A program made the position numbers and the translations under genes. Positions 21,255 through 31,972 of a DNA stretch of 32,000 bases are shown here, in pieces. Position 1 is the stretch's first letter, and the number at the start of each line of letters is the position of its first letter. Source of the stretch: Vibrio cholerae ATCC 14035 (GTDB taxonomy: Bacteria > Pseudomonadota > Gammaproteobacteria > Enterobacterales > Vibrionaceae); assembly GCF_000621645.1 (NCBI RefSeq), contig NZ_JHXR01000002.1, forward strand, positions 323,446-355,445. Direction: 5' to 3'. Below the pieces are notes generated by a model that saw only the letters and a program-made list of their open reading frames with translations, was not told where the DNA came from and searched no databases.

Positions 21255-23963
21255 TTAGTAGCCCATCAGCTGCAATAGTTGCTCGGCCGTTTGTACCGCT
21301 TCTTTGCGGTTGGCGATATTGAGTTTCTGATACAGATTACGAATGTGGGTTTTGATGGTGGTACCGGCCACATCCAACTCATGGGCAATCTGCTCATTAC
21401 TGAAACCGGAGTAGATGAGCCCAAGCACTTGCCATTCACGTTGCGTGAGTGGACTAGTGCGCACTAGCTCTGGAATGTTCGGGTGATTCACCAGCTTTTC
21501 GACAAACTCTTCATCAAAATGAATGGATCGGCTGCGCTGAGTGGTGGAGATCTCCTTGAGCAGCAGATGGGCACGATGGCGCTCCAAATCCCCTAGCTCA
21601 CCTTTGTGAACCAGCTTCTCCAGCAGATGACCAATCTTGCTGCCATCAATTAAGAAATTACCAATCATGCCGGTTTGGTTGGTGAGGCGAAGTGCTTGTT
21701 TGAGCTTATCGCAGGCTTGCAGATCATCCCCTTCAGTGATGGCCAAAAGCGCTTGCACAATCAGGTTGCGATTGGTGTCGGTGACCAGTTGGTACTTGTG
21801 CGCCTGTTCTTGAATAAACGCGAGAGTAGAACGCGCTTCGTCTAGCTCGCCTAATTGAATTTGCGCGCGGGCAATATTGCGCCACTGCAGTTGAAGGAAG
21901 TGGTTACACGCTTCCTCTGGGCGAATGCTAGATTGCAGCCATTGACGGATCTCGGCGTTGTTCTCTTTGGCTTGCCAGTAGAGCAGCAAGGAGAGTGAAG
22001 CGTTCGCCGTCCAATCCACATGGTAAGTAGATTGCTTGAGCAGGTGTTGGATCTGCTCAATGAAGCGTCCGGCTTTATCCAGCTCACCTCGGCCAATCGC
22101 AATTCTAGCTAGCATCGAATAACAGTGCAGGTGCTTACTTTGCGAATGGTTTTCTAGCACGCTCAGCCCCTTATAAGCGGCTTGTTCGGCTTCATCTAAG
22201 CGGTTCCAGCACCATAAAATCTGCGCGCGAATCCGCAGCAAAAATTCATGTAGCGGAACTTGGTGCAGTTGCTGCTCTTCAATCAATTTAAACGCGTTAT
22301 CCTGTACTTCGTATGCGGCCTGCACATAGCCCTGCGCCAGTAAAATTTCACTTTGCTGCAGCAGAGCCCACAGTGCTTGGTGATACACCTGATATTGGCG
22401 TGCCAGTTTCTCGGTCTGCTGCATCATGGAGAGGGCACGGGTGAGGTGTCCTAATACGTGGTTCACTTCACCAACGACAGAGGTCGCGACAATGCGGCTG
22501 CGATAGGTGGTGTGATCCAACTGGCTTAACGCGAGTTCAGCGAGTTCCAGTGCTTTTTCTGGCTCGTTTTGGTTAATTGCGACTTGGGCACGCAGCGCGT
22601 TAAATTCGCCTTGCTCTTTGGTGGAGAGTTCTACATTCAGTGCCTGCATCTCTTTCGCTGCTTTGGCGAGTAATGCGCCCACATCGTTATAGCGATGCTG
22701 ACTCTGCGCGAGCCAAGCTTGCAGCATGCACAATTTAGGCTCGCGATACAGTTGAGCGGGTGTAAGCAGATTGATTGCCGATTCCAACACCTCAAGCTCA
22801 CCTTGGTTAAACATCTTCCAACCAAACTGGCTCAAAATGCTCGCCAGCAACTCGCTATCTTGCGCCAAACGCGCATGACGCAGTGCTTGATGAGGTGCCG
22901 CGGCTTCTAACCACGCTTTGGCGGCGGCGCGTTGCAAATCTTGCTCTTGCTGCGGAATGCGCGCTTGACGTTGGTGCGCTAAAAATTCAGCAAACAGATT
23001 GTGGAAGCGATACCAGTTAGTTTCCCCTTCCAGCGGTGAGATAAATAGCCCGAAGCGGTTAAGTGACTCAATCATTGCCAGAGCATCATCGCGCCCTGTT
23101 AAGCTGCAGACTAATGCATCGTCAAAATGATCGAGTACCGAACACTGCATCAAGAAATAGCGGGTTTCATCGTCGAGCAGATCAAACACTTCTTCGACTA
23201 GATAATCCCAAAGATGCGCATGGTTAAAGTGCGAAACTGATTCGATGGTTTGAGCGAGCGTGCGGTGCTGATGCTGCGCTTGGAGAGCGATGAGCTGCAT
23301 CGCAGAAGGCCAACCTTCCACATAATCGCGTAGGTGATTCGCCGTCAGCGCATCAATCCCATCGGAAACGCGTTGGTTGAAAAAGCGGGTCGTCTCTTCG
23401 GTATCAAAAGCCAAAAGCTCATTGCCGATCTCAATCATTAAATCACGCACGCGCAGGTTAGCCGTACCCAAAGGTGGAGTTGAACGGCTGGTGACCACCA
23501 AGGTTAAGTTATCGGGCATGTGCTTTAAGAAAAAGCGCATCGCTTCGTGAATGGTTTCATCATGGATCAGGTGGTAATCGTCCAGCACCACATAACATTC
23601 GCCGTGGTAGTCGGCCATCTCGGCAAACACTTCACTAAACAGCGAATGCAATGACGAAAACTGACGCTTCTCTGCCAATTTTTGCGCATTGGGGCAGGCG
23701 TTATGGGTTGCTTTATTAATCGCTTGCAGCAGGTAGTTCATAAAGCGGAACGGATCGTTATCGCTATCATCAATGCTGTACCACCCCAGATTAGGCTTGT
23801 CGGCAAGCCACTGCGCGGCCATGGTGGTTTTGCCATAGCCGGCGGGGGAACGAAACAGCACCAATTTATAACAGGTGGCGTGCTGCAATAAATCCAGCAC
23901 TCGGGGGCGGACGATGGCGTTATGCAAACGTCCCGGGCGAGTCAGTTTCGAAGGGATCCACAT
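21255..23963 (-). CDS. malT: Maltose regulon transcriptional activator MalT
   Basis: The start at [13 protein letters not shown] parallels E. coli MLIPSKLSRPVRL. P-loop [10 protein letters not shown]-terminal LuxR-type HTH ([43 protein letters not shown]). 902 aa. Confidence 0.93.
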   Translation of the reverse strand: MWIPSKLTRPGRLHNAIVRPRVLDLLQHATCYKLVLFRSPAGYGKTTMAAQWLADKPNLGWYSIDDSDNDPFRFMNYLLQAINKATHNACPNAQKLAEKRQFSSLHSLFSEVFAEMADYHGECYVVLDDYHLIHDETIHEAMRFFLKHMPDNLTLVVTSRSTPPLGTANLRVRDLMIEIGNELLAFDTEETTRFFNQRVSDGIDALTANHLRDYVEGWPSAMQLIALQAQHQHRTLAQTIESVSHFNHAHLWDYLVEEVFDLLDDETRYFLMQCSVLDHFDDALVCSLTGRDDALAMIESLNRFGLFISPLEGETNWYRFHNLFAEFLAHQRQARIPQQEQDLQRAAAKAWLEAAAPHQALRHARLAQDSELLASILSQFGWKMFNQGELEVLESAINLLTPAQLYREPKLCMLQAWLAQSQHRYNDVGALLAKAAKEMQALNVELSTKEQGEFNALRAQVAINQNEPEKALELAELALSQLDHTTYRSRIVATSVVGEVNHVLGHLTRALSMMQQTEKLARQYQVYHQALWALLQQSEILLAQGYVQAAYEVQDNAFKLIEEQQLHQVPLHEFLLRIRAQILWCWNRLDEAEQAAYKGLSVLENHSQSKHLHCYSMLARIAIGRGELDKAGRFIEQIQHLLKQSTYHVDWTANASLSLLLYWQAKENNAEIRQWLQSSIRPEEACNHFLQLQWRNIARAQIQLGELDEARSTLAFIQEQAHKYQLVTDTNRNLIVQALLAITEGDDLQACDKLKQALRLTNQTGMIGNFLIDGSKIGHLLEKLVHKGELGDLERHRAHLLLKEISTTQRSRSIHFDEEFVEKLVNHPNIPELVRTSPLTQREWQVLGLIYSGFSNEQIAHELDVAGTTIKTHIRNLYQKLNIANRKEAVQTAEQLLQLMGY

Positions 23964-24163
23964 CTTCTTTCTCTCGTCTATTCCAGTCAGAGCCTCATGC
24001 TCTTTTAACTTGAAACGCAAGTTCCAAGCCTAAGGGGAGGTGAATACGCGAGGCGCATCACACTCAGATGGGCGAATGTTACTTGAAGTCATTCTGTGCG
24101 TTTATTGATCCATACTGAGTTTTTTGTCTTCTTCACGTTTCGCACGTTACTACGCCCTATATT

Positions 24164-24179
24164 TGTGATGTTTATCACT
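24164..24179. promoter_or_regulatory. CRP-binding site candidate (malT side)
   Basis: TGTGAtgtttaTCACT, compared with the consensus TGTGA-N6-TCACA. About 200 bp upstream of the malT ATG. Confidence 0.5.
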
Positions 24180-24346
24180 AATCAATCTTTTTAAAACGGA
24201 CGATATTGTTCAAGCCTCTACGCCATTTAGTGAAAAATGGGTAACAACTGCGAAATTATTGTGATCTATTTAGCAGAGTGGACAAATGAGTGATGGCTCG
24301 TTTTCTGACTTTTCATAAAGCCTAGCTATGGTTAATCGGCAGGTGG

Positions 24347-24362
24347 TGTGATCCGAATCACT
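24347..24362. promoter_or_regulatory. CRP-binding site candidate (malP side)
   Basis: TGTGAtccgaaTCACT, about 180 bp upstream of the malP ATG. Confidence 0.45.
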
Positions 24363-24439
24363 GCTATCTCTGGCTGAACGGTGCATTGATGGGAGCTAGA
24401 TCACTCACTACCAGACTCCTGTGCCTCTACGCCTTGGCT

Positions 24440-24449
24440 CCTCCTCCCA
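24440..24449 (-). promoter_or_regulatory. MalT box candidate
   Basis: The reverse complement tGGGAGGAGG matches GGGGA(T/G)GAGG at 9 of 10 positions. Confidence 0.5.
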
Positions 24450-24463
24450 ATTGATGAGAAAAG

Positions 24464-24473
24464 TGGGAGGATG
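24464..24473 (+). promoter_or_regulatory. MalT box candidate
   Basis: tgGGAGGAtg contains the core GGA(T/G)GA, about 70 bp upstream of the malP ATG. Confidence 0.4.
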
Positions 24474-24539
24474 TTTTGCAAAAGTCGTAGAGGCAGGATA
24501 GGGCTCAGATGGATTAGAACCAAACAGTGAGAGTTCACA

Positions 24540-26993
24540 ATGAAACCTACTCAACAGAAACAGTTTGACAAGAAGTTGTTCCAAGAAAACGTAAAGCGTC
24601 ATTTGACCGCAACTTATGCTACAACAGTAGAGCACGCTTCGGCGCGTGCTTGGTATTTGGCGATGGGACGTGCCCTTGCTGAATTTACGACGTTTGATTT
24701 GCTGGAAACCGAACAGGATGAACGCATCCTCAATAGCAAAAGCCTGAACTACCTATCGCTGGAGTTCTTGATTGGCCGCTTAACCGGCAACAACTTGATC
24801 AGCATGGGTGTGTATGAAGCGGTTGCAGAAGCGATGGAAGAGCTTGGCCAGAACCTGAGCGACTTGCTGGAAGAAGAGCGCGACCCATCATTAGGTAACG
24901 GTGGTTTAGGCCGTCTTGCCGCCTGTTTTATGGATTCTTGCGCGGCGCAAGAATACCCGACCGTGGGTTACGGTCTGCATTACGAATATGGTTTGTTTAA
25001 ACAGTCTTTTGAAGAAGGCCGTCAAAAAGAAGCGCCGGATGCATGGTGTGGAGTCGAAGGCTACCCGTGGGAAGTCGCGCGTCCTGAGCTGAAGCAGGAA
25101 ATTGGTTTCTACGGCCACGTTGAAGTCGTCAATGAAAATGGCAAAGAGCGTCGTCGTTGGGTACCGGGCATGCTGGTGCAAGCGATGCCGTGGGATCTGC
25201 CGATTGTCGGCTACCAAAGTGATACGGTTTACCCGCTGCGTTTGTGGGAGTGTCGCGCAATCGCGCCTTTCTCGTTAGAAAGCTTCAATAACGGTAACTA
25301 CTTTGAAGCGCAGCACGCGCTGATCGATGCAGGCAACATCACCAAAGTCCTGTATCCGAATGACAACCACGAAAAAGGCAAAACCCTGCGTTTGATGCAG
25401 CAGTATTTCCACAGTGCAGCGTCGGTGCGCGATATTCTGCGTCGCCACGAGGCGGCAGGGCACGCGTTGGCGGATCTGCCGAAATACGAAACCATTCAGC
25501 TTAACGATACGCACCCAACCATCGCGATTCCTGAGCTGATGCGCATTCTGATCGATGAAAAGCTGATGTCGTGGGAAGCGGCGTGGGCGATCTGTTCGCA
25601 CACTTTTGCTTACACCAACCACACTCTGCTGCCAGAAGCACTGGAAACGTGGAGTGAGTCGCTGATCCAACGCCTGCTGCCACGTCACATGGAGATCATC
25701 TACGAGATCAACCACCGTTTCTTGCAACAAGTGCGTGCCAAATGGCCGGGTGATGTCGCGAAACAGCAAAAGCTCTCCATCATCGAAGAAGGCTTCCACC
25801 GCATGGTGCGTATGGCCAACCTGTGTGTGGTCGGCTCTTATGCGGTGAACGGCGTAGCGGCGCTGCACTCAGAATTGGTGAAGCGTGACCTGTTCCCTGA
25901 ATTTGTTGAGCTCTATCCGGGCAAAATCCAGAACGTGACCAACGGTATTACGCCACGTCGCTGGCTGAAGTTCTGTAACCCAGGTTTATCGGCGCTGATT
26001 TCAGAGAAGATTGGCCATGAGTGGCCTGCGAAGCTGGATCAACTGACCAAAGTGGCGCAGTACGCGGAAGATGCGGCGTTCCAAAAACGCTTTATGGAAG
26101 TGAAAAAAGCCAACAAAGCGCGTCTGGCTGAGTGGGTGAAAGATCACATGGGCATCGAGCTTGATACCAATGCGATTTTTGATGTGCAGATCAAACGTCT
26201 GCATGAGTACAAGCGTCAGCATCTCAATATGCTGCACATTTTGTCGCTCTATCACCGCCTCATCAATGATCCAAGCTTTGACATGCATCCACGAGTGGTG
26301 TTCTTCGCTGCAAAAGCGGCGCCGGGCTACCACTTGGCGAAAGAGATCATCTATGCCATCAACATGATCGCGCAGAAAGTCAATAACGATCCGCGGGTCG
26401 GCAACAAGCTGAAAGTGGTATTCATCCCTGACTATCGCGTCAGCATGGCCGAAATCATCATTCCAGCGGCAGATGTGTCTGAGCAGATCTCGACCGCAGG
26501 TAAAGAAGCATCCGGTACCGGCAACATGAAGATGGCGCTCAACGGTGCGCTGACCATAGGTACCATGGATGGCGCGAACGTCGAAATTCGTGAAGAAGTG
26601 GGCGATGACAACATCTACATCTTCGGTCTTGAAGTGGATGGCGTAGAAGCACTGAAAGCGCGTGGTTATAACCCATACGATTTCTATCATGCCGATCCGC
26701 TCCTCAAAGCATCGCTGGATCTGCTGGTGGGTGAAGAGTTTACGCCGGGTGCTCCGGGCAAACTGCGCGCGACCTATGACAGCTTGCTCGATGGCGGTGA
26801 CCCATATCTGGTGTTGGCAGATTTCGCCTCTTACGTGAAAGCGCATGAAGCGATCGACAAACAGTATCGTGACCAAGCGGGCTGGGCGAAAAAAGCCATC
26901 CTCAATACCGCGTTAGTGGGCAAATTCAGCTCCGACCGCAGTATCCGCGACTACGTGAATAACATTTGGAAACTGAGCGCTGTACAGCGTTAA
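24540..26993 (+). CDS. malP: Maltodextrin/glycogen phosphorylase
   Basis: 817 aa. Pyridoxal-phosphate site EASGTGNMKMALNGALTIGTMDGANVE. Divergent from malT as in E. coli. Confidence 0.95.
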   Translation: MKPTQQKQFDKKLFQENVKRHLTATYATTVEHASARAWYLAMGRALAEFTTFDLLETEQDERILNSKSLNYLSLEFLIGRLTGNNLISMGVYEAVAEAMEELGQNLSDLLEEERDPSLGNGGLGRLAACFMDSCAAQEYPTVGYGLHYEYGLFKQSFEEGRQKEAPDAWCGVEGYPWEVARPELKQEIGFYGHVEVVNENGKERRRWVPGMLVQAMPWDLPIVGYQSDTVYPLRLWECRAIAPFSLESFNNGNYFEAQHALIDAGNITKVLYPNDNHEKGKTLRLMQQYFHSAASVRDILRRHEAAGHALADLPKYETIQLNDTHPTIAIPELMRILIDEKLMSWEAAWAICSHTFAYTNHTLLPEALETWSESLIQRLLPRHMEIIYEINHRFLQQVRAKWPGDVAKQQKLSIIEEGFHRMVRMANLCVVGSYAVNGVAALHSELVKRDLFPEFVELYPGKIQNVTNGITPRRWLKFCNPGLSALISEKIGHEWPAKLDQLTKVAQYAEDAAFQKRFMEVKKANKARLAEWVKDHMGIELDTNAIFDVQIKRLHEYKRQHLNMLHILSLYHRLINDPSFDMHPRVVFFAAKAAPGYHLAKEIIYAINMIAQKVNNDPRVGNKLKVVFIPDYRVSMAEIIIPAADVSEQISTAGKEASGTGNMKMALNGALTIGTMDGANVEIREEVGDDNIYIFGLEVDGVEALKARGYNPYDFYHADPLLKASLDLLVGEEFTPGAPGKLRATYDSLLDGGDPYLVLADFASYVKAHEAIDKQYRDQAGWAKKAILNTALVGKFSSDRSIRDYVNNIWKLSAVQR

Positions 26994-27001
26994 GCCCCTT
27001 T

Positions 27002-27033
27002 GGTGAGTCAGACCCCTCTGGCTCACCTTTTTT
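27002..27033 (+). terminator. Strong hairpin plus T-tract between malP and malQ (intra-operon attenuator/terminator candidate)
   Basis: GGTGAGTCAG-acccct-CTGGCTCACC (10 bp including one G-U pair) followed by TTTTTT, 9 nt after the malP stop. Confidence 0.65.
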
Positions 27034-27078
27034 ACATACCCTACACGGAAGGGGAAAGCAGTCCCTTCGGAGAGAGCG

Positions 27079-29259
27079 ATGAATCAAGACAATGCATTAA
27101 AACAAGTCGCTGCAATGGCAAAAATTGCCGATCGATATGTCAGCGCGTGGGGCAGTGAAGCTCAAGTGGAAGACGACACGATCCGTCGTCTTTTGGCGTC
27201 TCTTGGCTATGACACCAGTAGCGATGAAGCCTTGCTGCAATCGGCAGAGAAGAAACACAAAAAAGATGTGGTGGATCCGGTACTCGTGGTTCACCAAGGT
27301 TCGGCGATCGAAGTCCCGCTCTACCTTGGCGTGAGTGCGCGCGAAAGCGAATTTGATTGGCGCTTGCAGACCGAGCAAGGCGAGGTGCTGGAAGGCTATC
27401 TGCAATCACAAATTGTACGTGATGAACGTGCCGAAGGCGGCCCACTGGTGTTTGCTCTGCCTAACGATCTGCCTTTGGGCTATCACACCTTATTGATTGC
27501 CCGTAAGCGTCGCAAAGCACCTTACGAAATGACCCTGATTGTGACGCCACAAGCTTGCTACAAGCAACCAGCCTTGGCACAAGGCAAAAAGCTGTGGGGA
27601 CCGAGCGTTCAACTTTATACCCTGCGTACCCAGCACAACTGGGGCATGGGAGACTTTGGTGATTTGAAACAACTCGTGGCGGATATTGCATCACGCGGCG
27701 GCGATTTTGTTGGCTTAAACCCGATCCATGCGCTGTTTCCAGCCAACCCAGAGGGCGCAAGCCCGTACAGCCCATCCTCTCGCCGTTGGCTCAACATTCT
27801 GTACATTGATGTGAGCTCAGTACCTGAATTTGCCCTCAGCGCCGAAGCGCAGCAAAAAGTCGGTAGCCCAGAGTTCCAACAGCGCTTGCAAAAAGTGCGT
27901 GATGCCCATTGGGTAAACTACAGCGAAGTGGCTGAGCTTAAAATGAGCGTCTTACCTCTGCTGTTTGCCGAATTTAAAAAACGTCATCTGGATAAGCAGA
28001 CCGATCGCGCGCATGCGTTCTTAAAGTTTGTGGAAGAGGGCGGAGAAAGCTTGCTGCATCAAGCGGCGTTTGATGCGCTGCATGCCGAGTTACATGCACA
28101 AGATGCATCGGTGTGGGGCTGGCCTGTTTTCCCAGAGAAATATCGCCGTTTTGATCACAGTGCGGTACAAAAATTTATTGAAGATCATCAAGATGCGGTG
28201 CACATCTACATGTACTTACAGTGGATTGCCGATACTCAGATCCACGAAGTGCAATCCCTGGCCGAAGAAAAAGGTATGGCCGTTGGCTTATACCGCGATC
28301 TCGCCGTTGGCGTCGCTGATTCTGGTAGTGAAACGTGGGCCGATCACGGTAACTTGCTGCAAGATGTCAGCATTGGTGCACCGCCGGATGTACTGGGGCC
28401 TTTGGGGCAAAACTGGGGCTTACCGCCACTCAACCCACAGGCGCTTCAAGCCACGGCGTATGGCGCGTACATCAAACTGCTGCGTGCTAACATGAAACAC
28501 TGTGGCGCATTGCGTATCGACCATGTACTGGGTTTGCTGCGTTTATGGTGGATCCCGAAAGGCGAAAACGCGACGAAAGGCGCGTACATTTACTACCCAG
28601 TCAAAGATATGTTGGCGATTTTGGCGCTCGAATCTCACCGTCACCAGTGCAGCGTGATTGGCGAAGATTTGGGAACCGTACCAGATGAAATTGTTGAGCT
28701 GCTACGCGACGCGGGCGTGCATTCGTACAAAGTCTTCTTCTTCGAAACCTCGAAGGAAGATGGTGGTTACGTTTCTCCGGCGCATTACGCAGAGCAATCC
28801 ATGGCCGCACTTTGTACTCATGATATGCCAACCCTGCGCGGCTTCTGGCACTGTGATGATCTTAAAATGGGACGTGAAATAGGCCTCTATCCCGATGAAG
28901 AGCAGCTGCAAGGCTTATTTGACGATCGCCTGAAATCCAAACAGGGTATTCTCGATTCAGTGGCGTGGCACGGCTATTTACCGAATGGCGTTGGGCGTGA
29001 TGCGACTCAGGTTCCGATGGATTCCTACTTGAGCGAAGCACTGCAACTGCATGTGGCGGCAGGCTCTTCCGCGTTACTGAGCGTGCAGTTGGAAGATTGG
29101 CTAGAGATGGATAAGCCAGTCAATATTCCGGGAACGGTCAACGAATACCCGAACTGGCGACGTAAGTTATCGATGAATCTGGACGAGATTTTTGCGCGCG
29201 AAGAAGTGAACCGCATTGCGGCACGTCTGACCGAAGTGCGCAGCAAAGCCAGCCAATAA
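27079..29259 (+). CDS. malQ: 4-alpha-glucanotransferase (amylomaltase, GH77)
   Basis: 726 aa. GH77 motifs RIDHVLGLLRLWWIP and IGEDLGTVP. Downstream of malP. Confidence 0.93.
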   Translation: MNQDNALKQVAAMAKIADRYVSAWGSEAQVEDDTIRRLLASLGYDTSSDEALLQSAEKKHKKDVVDPVLVVHQGSAIEVPLYLGVSARESEFDWRLQTEQGEVLEGYLQSQIVRDERAEGGPLVFALPNDLPLGYHTLLIARKRRKAPYEMTLIVTPQACYKQPALAQGKKLWGPSVQLYTLRTQHNWGMGDFGDLKQLVADIASRGGDFVGLNPIHALFPANPEGASPYSPSSRRWLNILYIDVSSVPEFALSAEAQQKVGSPEFQQRLQKVRDAHWVNYSEVAELKMSVLPLLFAEFKKRHLDKQTDRAHAFLKFVEEGGESLLHQAAFDALHAELHAQDASVWGWPVFPEKYRRFDHSAVQKFIEDHQDAVHIYMYLQWIADTQIHEVQSLAEEKGMAVGLYRDLAVGVADSGSETWADHGNLLQDVSIGAPPDVLGPLGQNWGLPPLNPQALQATAYGAYIKLLRANMKHCGALRIDHVLGLLRLWWIPKGENATKGAYIYYPVKDMLAILALESHRHQCSVIGEDLGTVPDEIVELLRDAGVHSYKVFFFETSKEDGGYVSPAHYAEQSMAALCTHDMPTLRGFWHCDDLKMGREIGLYPDEEQLQGLFDDRLKSKQGILDSVAWHGYLPNGVGRDATQVPMDSYLSEALQLHVAAGSSALLSVQLEDWLEMDKPVNIPGTVNEYPNWRRKLSMNLDEIFAREEVNRIAARLTEVRSKASQ

Positions 29260-29356
29260 GGAAATCAGTGACCAATTTCTTAACTATGGCCAAAAGAAGT
29301 TTCGGGTTGGTCACTCTTTCCTCCTTGCTAAGTCCGGTAAGATGGACACACGCTTT

Positions 29357-29381
29357 GCCCGCGCCTTGCGGGCTTTCTGTT
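29357..29381 (+). terminator. Rho-independent terminator candidate about 100 nt after malQ
   Basis: GCCCGC-gcctt-GCGGGC followed by TTTCTGTT. Confidence 0.55.
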
Positions 29382-29464
29382 ATACCCAAATACCTTGAAG
29401 AGGCGCTAACACGCCGATCTTTAAGCCGGAAGGGGATATTCGCTAGTTAGGTTAGGAGTTAGGT

Positions 29465-31654
29465 TTGAAGATCACAAAAAAACCATCCAAGGTTCAACAA
29501 TTTTATGATCAGTTGGCGCGTGCAGCGTTTGCTGATCCCTTTTCATTTCTAGGCCCTTACATTCCCGCTGAACAAGGTGCGCTGCGAGTGTGGATGCCGG
29601 GGGCTGACAACGTCGCGTTGGTGGTTGAAGGGCAAGCTCGTGTGGCGTTAGAGCGTGAAGGCGAGGGCGGCTTTGTGCTGAAAGATGGCCGTAATCTGCG
29701 TTTTACGCACTACCAATTGGCTGTCGATTGGGCGGGTACCGAGCAGTTACTCGATGATCCGTATCAATATCACGGCCTCTACGCTGAATATGAAGATCTG
29801 CATACGCCAAAGCAGATGTATCACCATATGGGGGCGCAGTTTGTCACCCTAGAGCGTGATGGAAAAATGGTCTCTGGCGTACGTTTTCTGGTGTATGCCC
29901 CTCACGCGGCGGCGTGCAGTTTGATTGGCGCGTTTAACCATTGGGATGGTCGTCGCCATCCGATGCAGCGTCTCGATTACGGTATTTGGGGAATTTTTAT
30001 CCCCGGCTTGCCGGAAGGCACGCAATACAAATTTGAGCTGAAAGGCCCACATGGAGAAGGTCTGCCGCATAAAGCGGATCCGTGGGGTTTTTATGCTGAG
30101 CAATACCCTTCTTTTGCTTCTGTGACTTATGATCACCGTCGTTATCAGTGGCAAGATACGGCTTGGCAGCAGCGCCCTGTGACTGAAAAGCGTAAACAAG
30201 CGCTCTCGTTTTATGAGCTGCACGTTGGCTCATGGAAGCGAGGCGAAAACGGTGAATTCCTCAATTATCGTGAATTGGCCGATCAATTGGTGCCTTATCT
30301 GGTTGAGATGGGTTATACCCATGTTGAGTTAATGCCTGTCGCTGAGCACCCATTTTATGGTTCTTGGGGCTATCAACCGGTTGGTCTGTTTGCGCCCACT
30401 AGCCGTTACGGCTCGCCGGATGATTTCAAATATTTTGTCGATTTGTGCCACCAAGCGGGGATTGGTGTGGTGCTCGATTGGGTGCCTGCGCACTTCCCGT
30501 CGGATTCTCACGGTCTGGCCAATTTTGATGGCACGCCCTTATTCCATGATCCGGATCCACGTCGCGGTTGGCATCAAGACTGGAACTCTTACATCTACGA
30601 TCTTGGTCGCGAGCATGTGCGCCGTTTCTTAGTCGCTAATGCGCTGTATTGGTTTGAGATGTTCCATATCGATGGCATTCGCGTTGATGCGGTCGCATCG
30701 ATGCTCTATCTCGATTATTCGCGTAGCCATGATCAATGGATCCCGAATGTTGACGGTGGACGCGAAAACTACGATGCGATTGCTACCTTCAAATGGATGA
30801 ACGAGGAGGTGTACAAACACTTCCCGAATGCGATGACGATTGCCGAAGAGTCGACTGCGTTTCCTGGCGTTTCTGCCCCGACCTTTATGGGCGGTCTCGG
30901 GTTTGGTTTTAAGTGGAACATGGGCTGGATGCACGATAGCTTATCGTACATCAAAGAGGATCCGGTGCATCGTAAATACCACCACAATACCCTGACTTTC
31001 CCGCTGATTTACGCGTTTAGTGAAAACTATGTGCTCTCTTTATCACACGATGAAGTGGTGTATGGTAAGCGCTCGCTTATGTACAAGATGCCGGGTGATG
31101 AGTGGCAGCAAACCGCCAACTTACGCGCCTACTTGGGTTATATGTATGGTCAGCCGGGCAAAAAACTCAACTTTATGGGTACCGAATTAGGACAGACTGC
31201 GGAGTGGGATCACGATGGTCAGTTGCAGTGGTTCTTAACGCAATTTGAGCGCCATGCGGGGATCCAGCGTTTGGTGCGTGATTTGAACCATCTGTACCAA
31301 GCCCAAACCGCGTTGCATCAGCTTGATTGCGATCCGCGTTGCTTCGAATGGCGCTTACAAGATAATGCCGATCTCAGCGTGATCGCCCATGAACGGATGG
31401 ATGAAGCTGGTAATCGTGTGTTAGTGATCACCAACTTCACGCCTGTTCCACAGCAGGCATTTCGCTTAGGTGTTCCTAAAACAGGGAAGTACCGCTTGTT
31501 GCTCAATACTGATGCCAAGCAGTACAACGGCAGTGATTATCCGGTATTGCAGGATGTGAGTACGGAAGCGATCAGCAGTGAAGGTTTGGATCAATCGCTG
31601 CTATTGAGTGTGCCGCCGCTCGCGACGCTATTTTATCAATGGAGTGCGAAGTAG
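29465..31654 (+). CDS. glgB: 1,4-alpha-glucan branching enzyme GlgB (TTG start)
   Basis: 729 aa. N-terminal [11 protein letters not shown] parallels E. coli GlgB. GH13 motifs [26 protein letters not shown]. The TTG start is preceded by AGGAG with a 6-nt spacer, and there is no in-frame ATG nearby. Confidence 0.92.
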   Translation: MKITKKPSKVQQFYDQLARAAFADPFSFLGPYIPAEQGALRVWMPGADNVALVVEGQARVALEREGEGGFVLKDGRNLRFTHYQLAVDWAGTEQLLDDPYQYHGLYAEYEDLHTPKQMYHHMGAQFVTLERDGKMVSGVRFLVYAPHAAACSLIGAFNHWDGRRHPMQRLDYGIWGIFIPGLPEGTQYKFELKGPHGEGLPHKADPWGFYAEQYPSFASVTYDHRRYQWQDTAWQQRPVTEKRKQALSFYELHVGSWKRGENGEFLNYRELADQLVPYLVEMGYTHVELMPVAEHPFYGSWGYQPVGLFAPTSRYGSPDDFKYFVDLCHQAGIGVVLDWVPAHFPSDSHGLANFDGTPLFHDPDPRRGWHQDWNSYIYDLGREHVRRFLVANALYWFEMFHIDGIRVDAVASMLYLDYSRSHDQWIPNVDGGRENYDAIATFKWMNEEVYKHFPNAMTIAEESTAFPGVSAPTFMGGLGFGFKWNMGWMHDSLSYIKEDPVHRKYHHNTLTFPLIYAFSENYVLSLSHDEVVYGKRSLMYKMPGDEWQQTANLRAYLGYMYGQPGKKLNFMGTELGQTAEWDHDGQLQWFLTQFERHAGIQRLVRDLNHLYQAQTALHQLDCDPRCFEWRLQDNADLSVIAHERMDEAGNRVLVITNFTPVPQQAFRLGVPKTGKYRLLLNTDAKQYNGSDYPVLQDVSTEAISSEGLDQSLLLSVPPLATLFYQWSAK

Positions 31655-31673
31655 CTCTTCCCGTTTGTCGTTA

Positions 31674-31719
31674 TATAGCCTTCCTACTTGAAGCTGCAAC
31701 GCCAAGTAGGAAGGCTATA
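31674..31719. repeat. Perfect 17-bp-arm inverted repeat (hairpin) just after glgB
   Basis: TATAGCCTTCCTACTTG-(12 nt)-CAAGTAGGAAGGCTATA. Confidence 0.8.
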
Positions 31720-31726
31720 CCTTATG

Positions 31727-31752
31727 AAAAAAACCGCTGTGGCGGTTTTTTT
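31727..31752. terminator. Bidirectional rho-independent terminator
   Basis: AAAAAAACCGC-tgtg-GCGGTTTTTTT. Confidence 0.8.
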
Positions 31753-31956
31753 GTTGATTTCCTACTCATGCTCTTCTACCTGCAGGGCTAAGTGGTGAGT
31801 GGATCTCTCTGAATACGGGATCTTTGCCAAAGATCTCTGCTTCCTAAACTCGTGACTTTTTGCCCGCCAAGCAAGATCTTGCTCAGCGTTGGGCAGCTTT
31901 TTGCTTTGTTGATGGGACTATTTCTATAACTTATTGATTTTGAATGGTGTGAAAGT

Positions 31957-31972
31957 TGGCATCCCACTTGCT
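31957..31972 (+). promoter_or_regulatory. Sigma-54 (-24/-12) promoter candidate pointing out of the window
   Basis: TGGCATcccacTTGCT fits TGGCAC-N5-TTGCW, with the exact GG-N10-GC spacing (GG at 31958-59, GC at 31970-71). Confidence 0.6.

Noticed and set aside
24260-24275. Third CRP-like half-site, TGTGAtctattTAGCA
   Set aside because: Only the left half-site is good and the right half deviates at 3 of 5 positions. It is mentioned in the malT/malP finding but not called as a feature.
24408-24635. 75-aa minus-strand ORF in the malT/malP control region
   Set aside because: It overlaps the malP start and the MalT-box region, and has no RBS and no recognisable domain. It is most likely spurious.
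25275-26876. Long minus-strand ORFs (197 aa and 291 aa) antisense to malP
   Set aside because: They lie entirely within the well-supported phosphorylase gene. Their products are low-complexity and His/Arg/Val-rich with no motifs, which is typical of shadow ORFs opposite a gene with strong codon bias.
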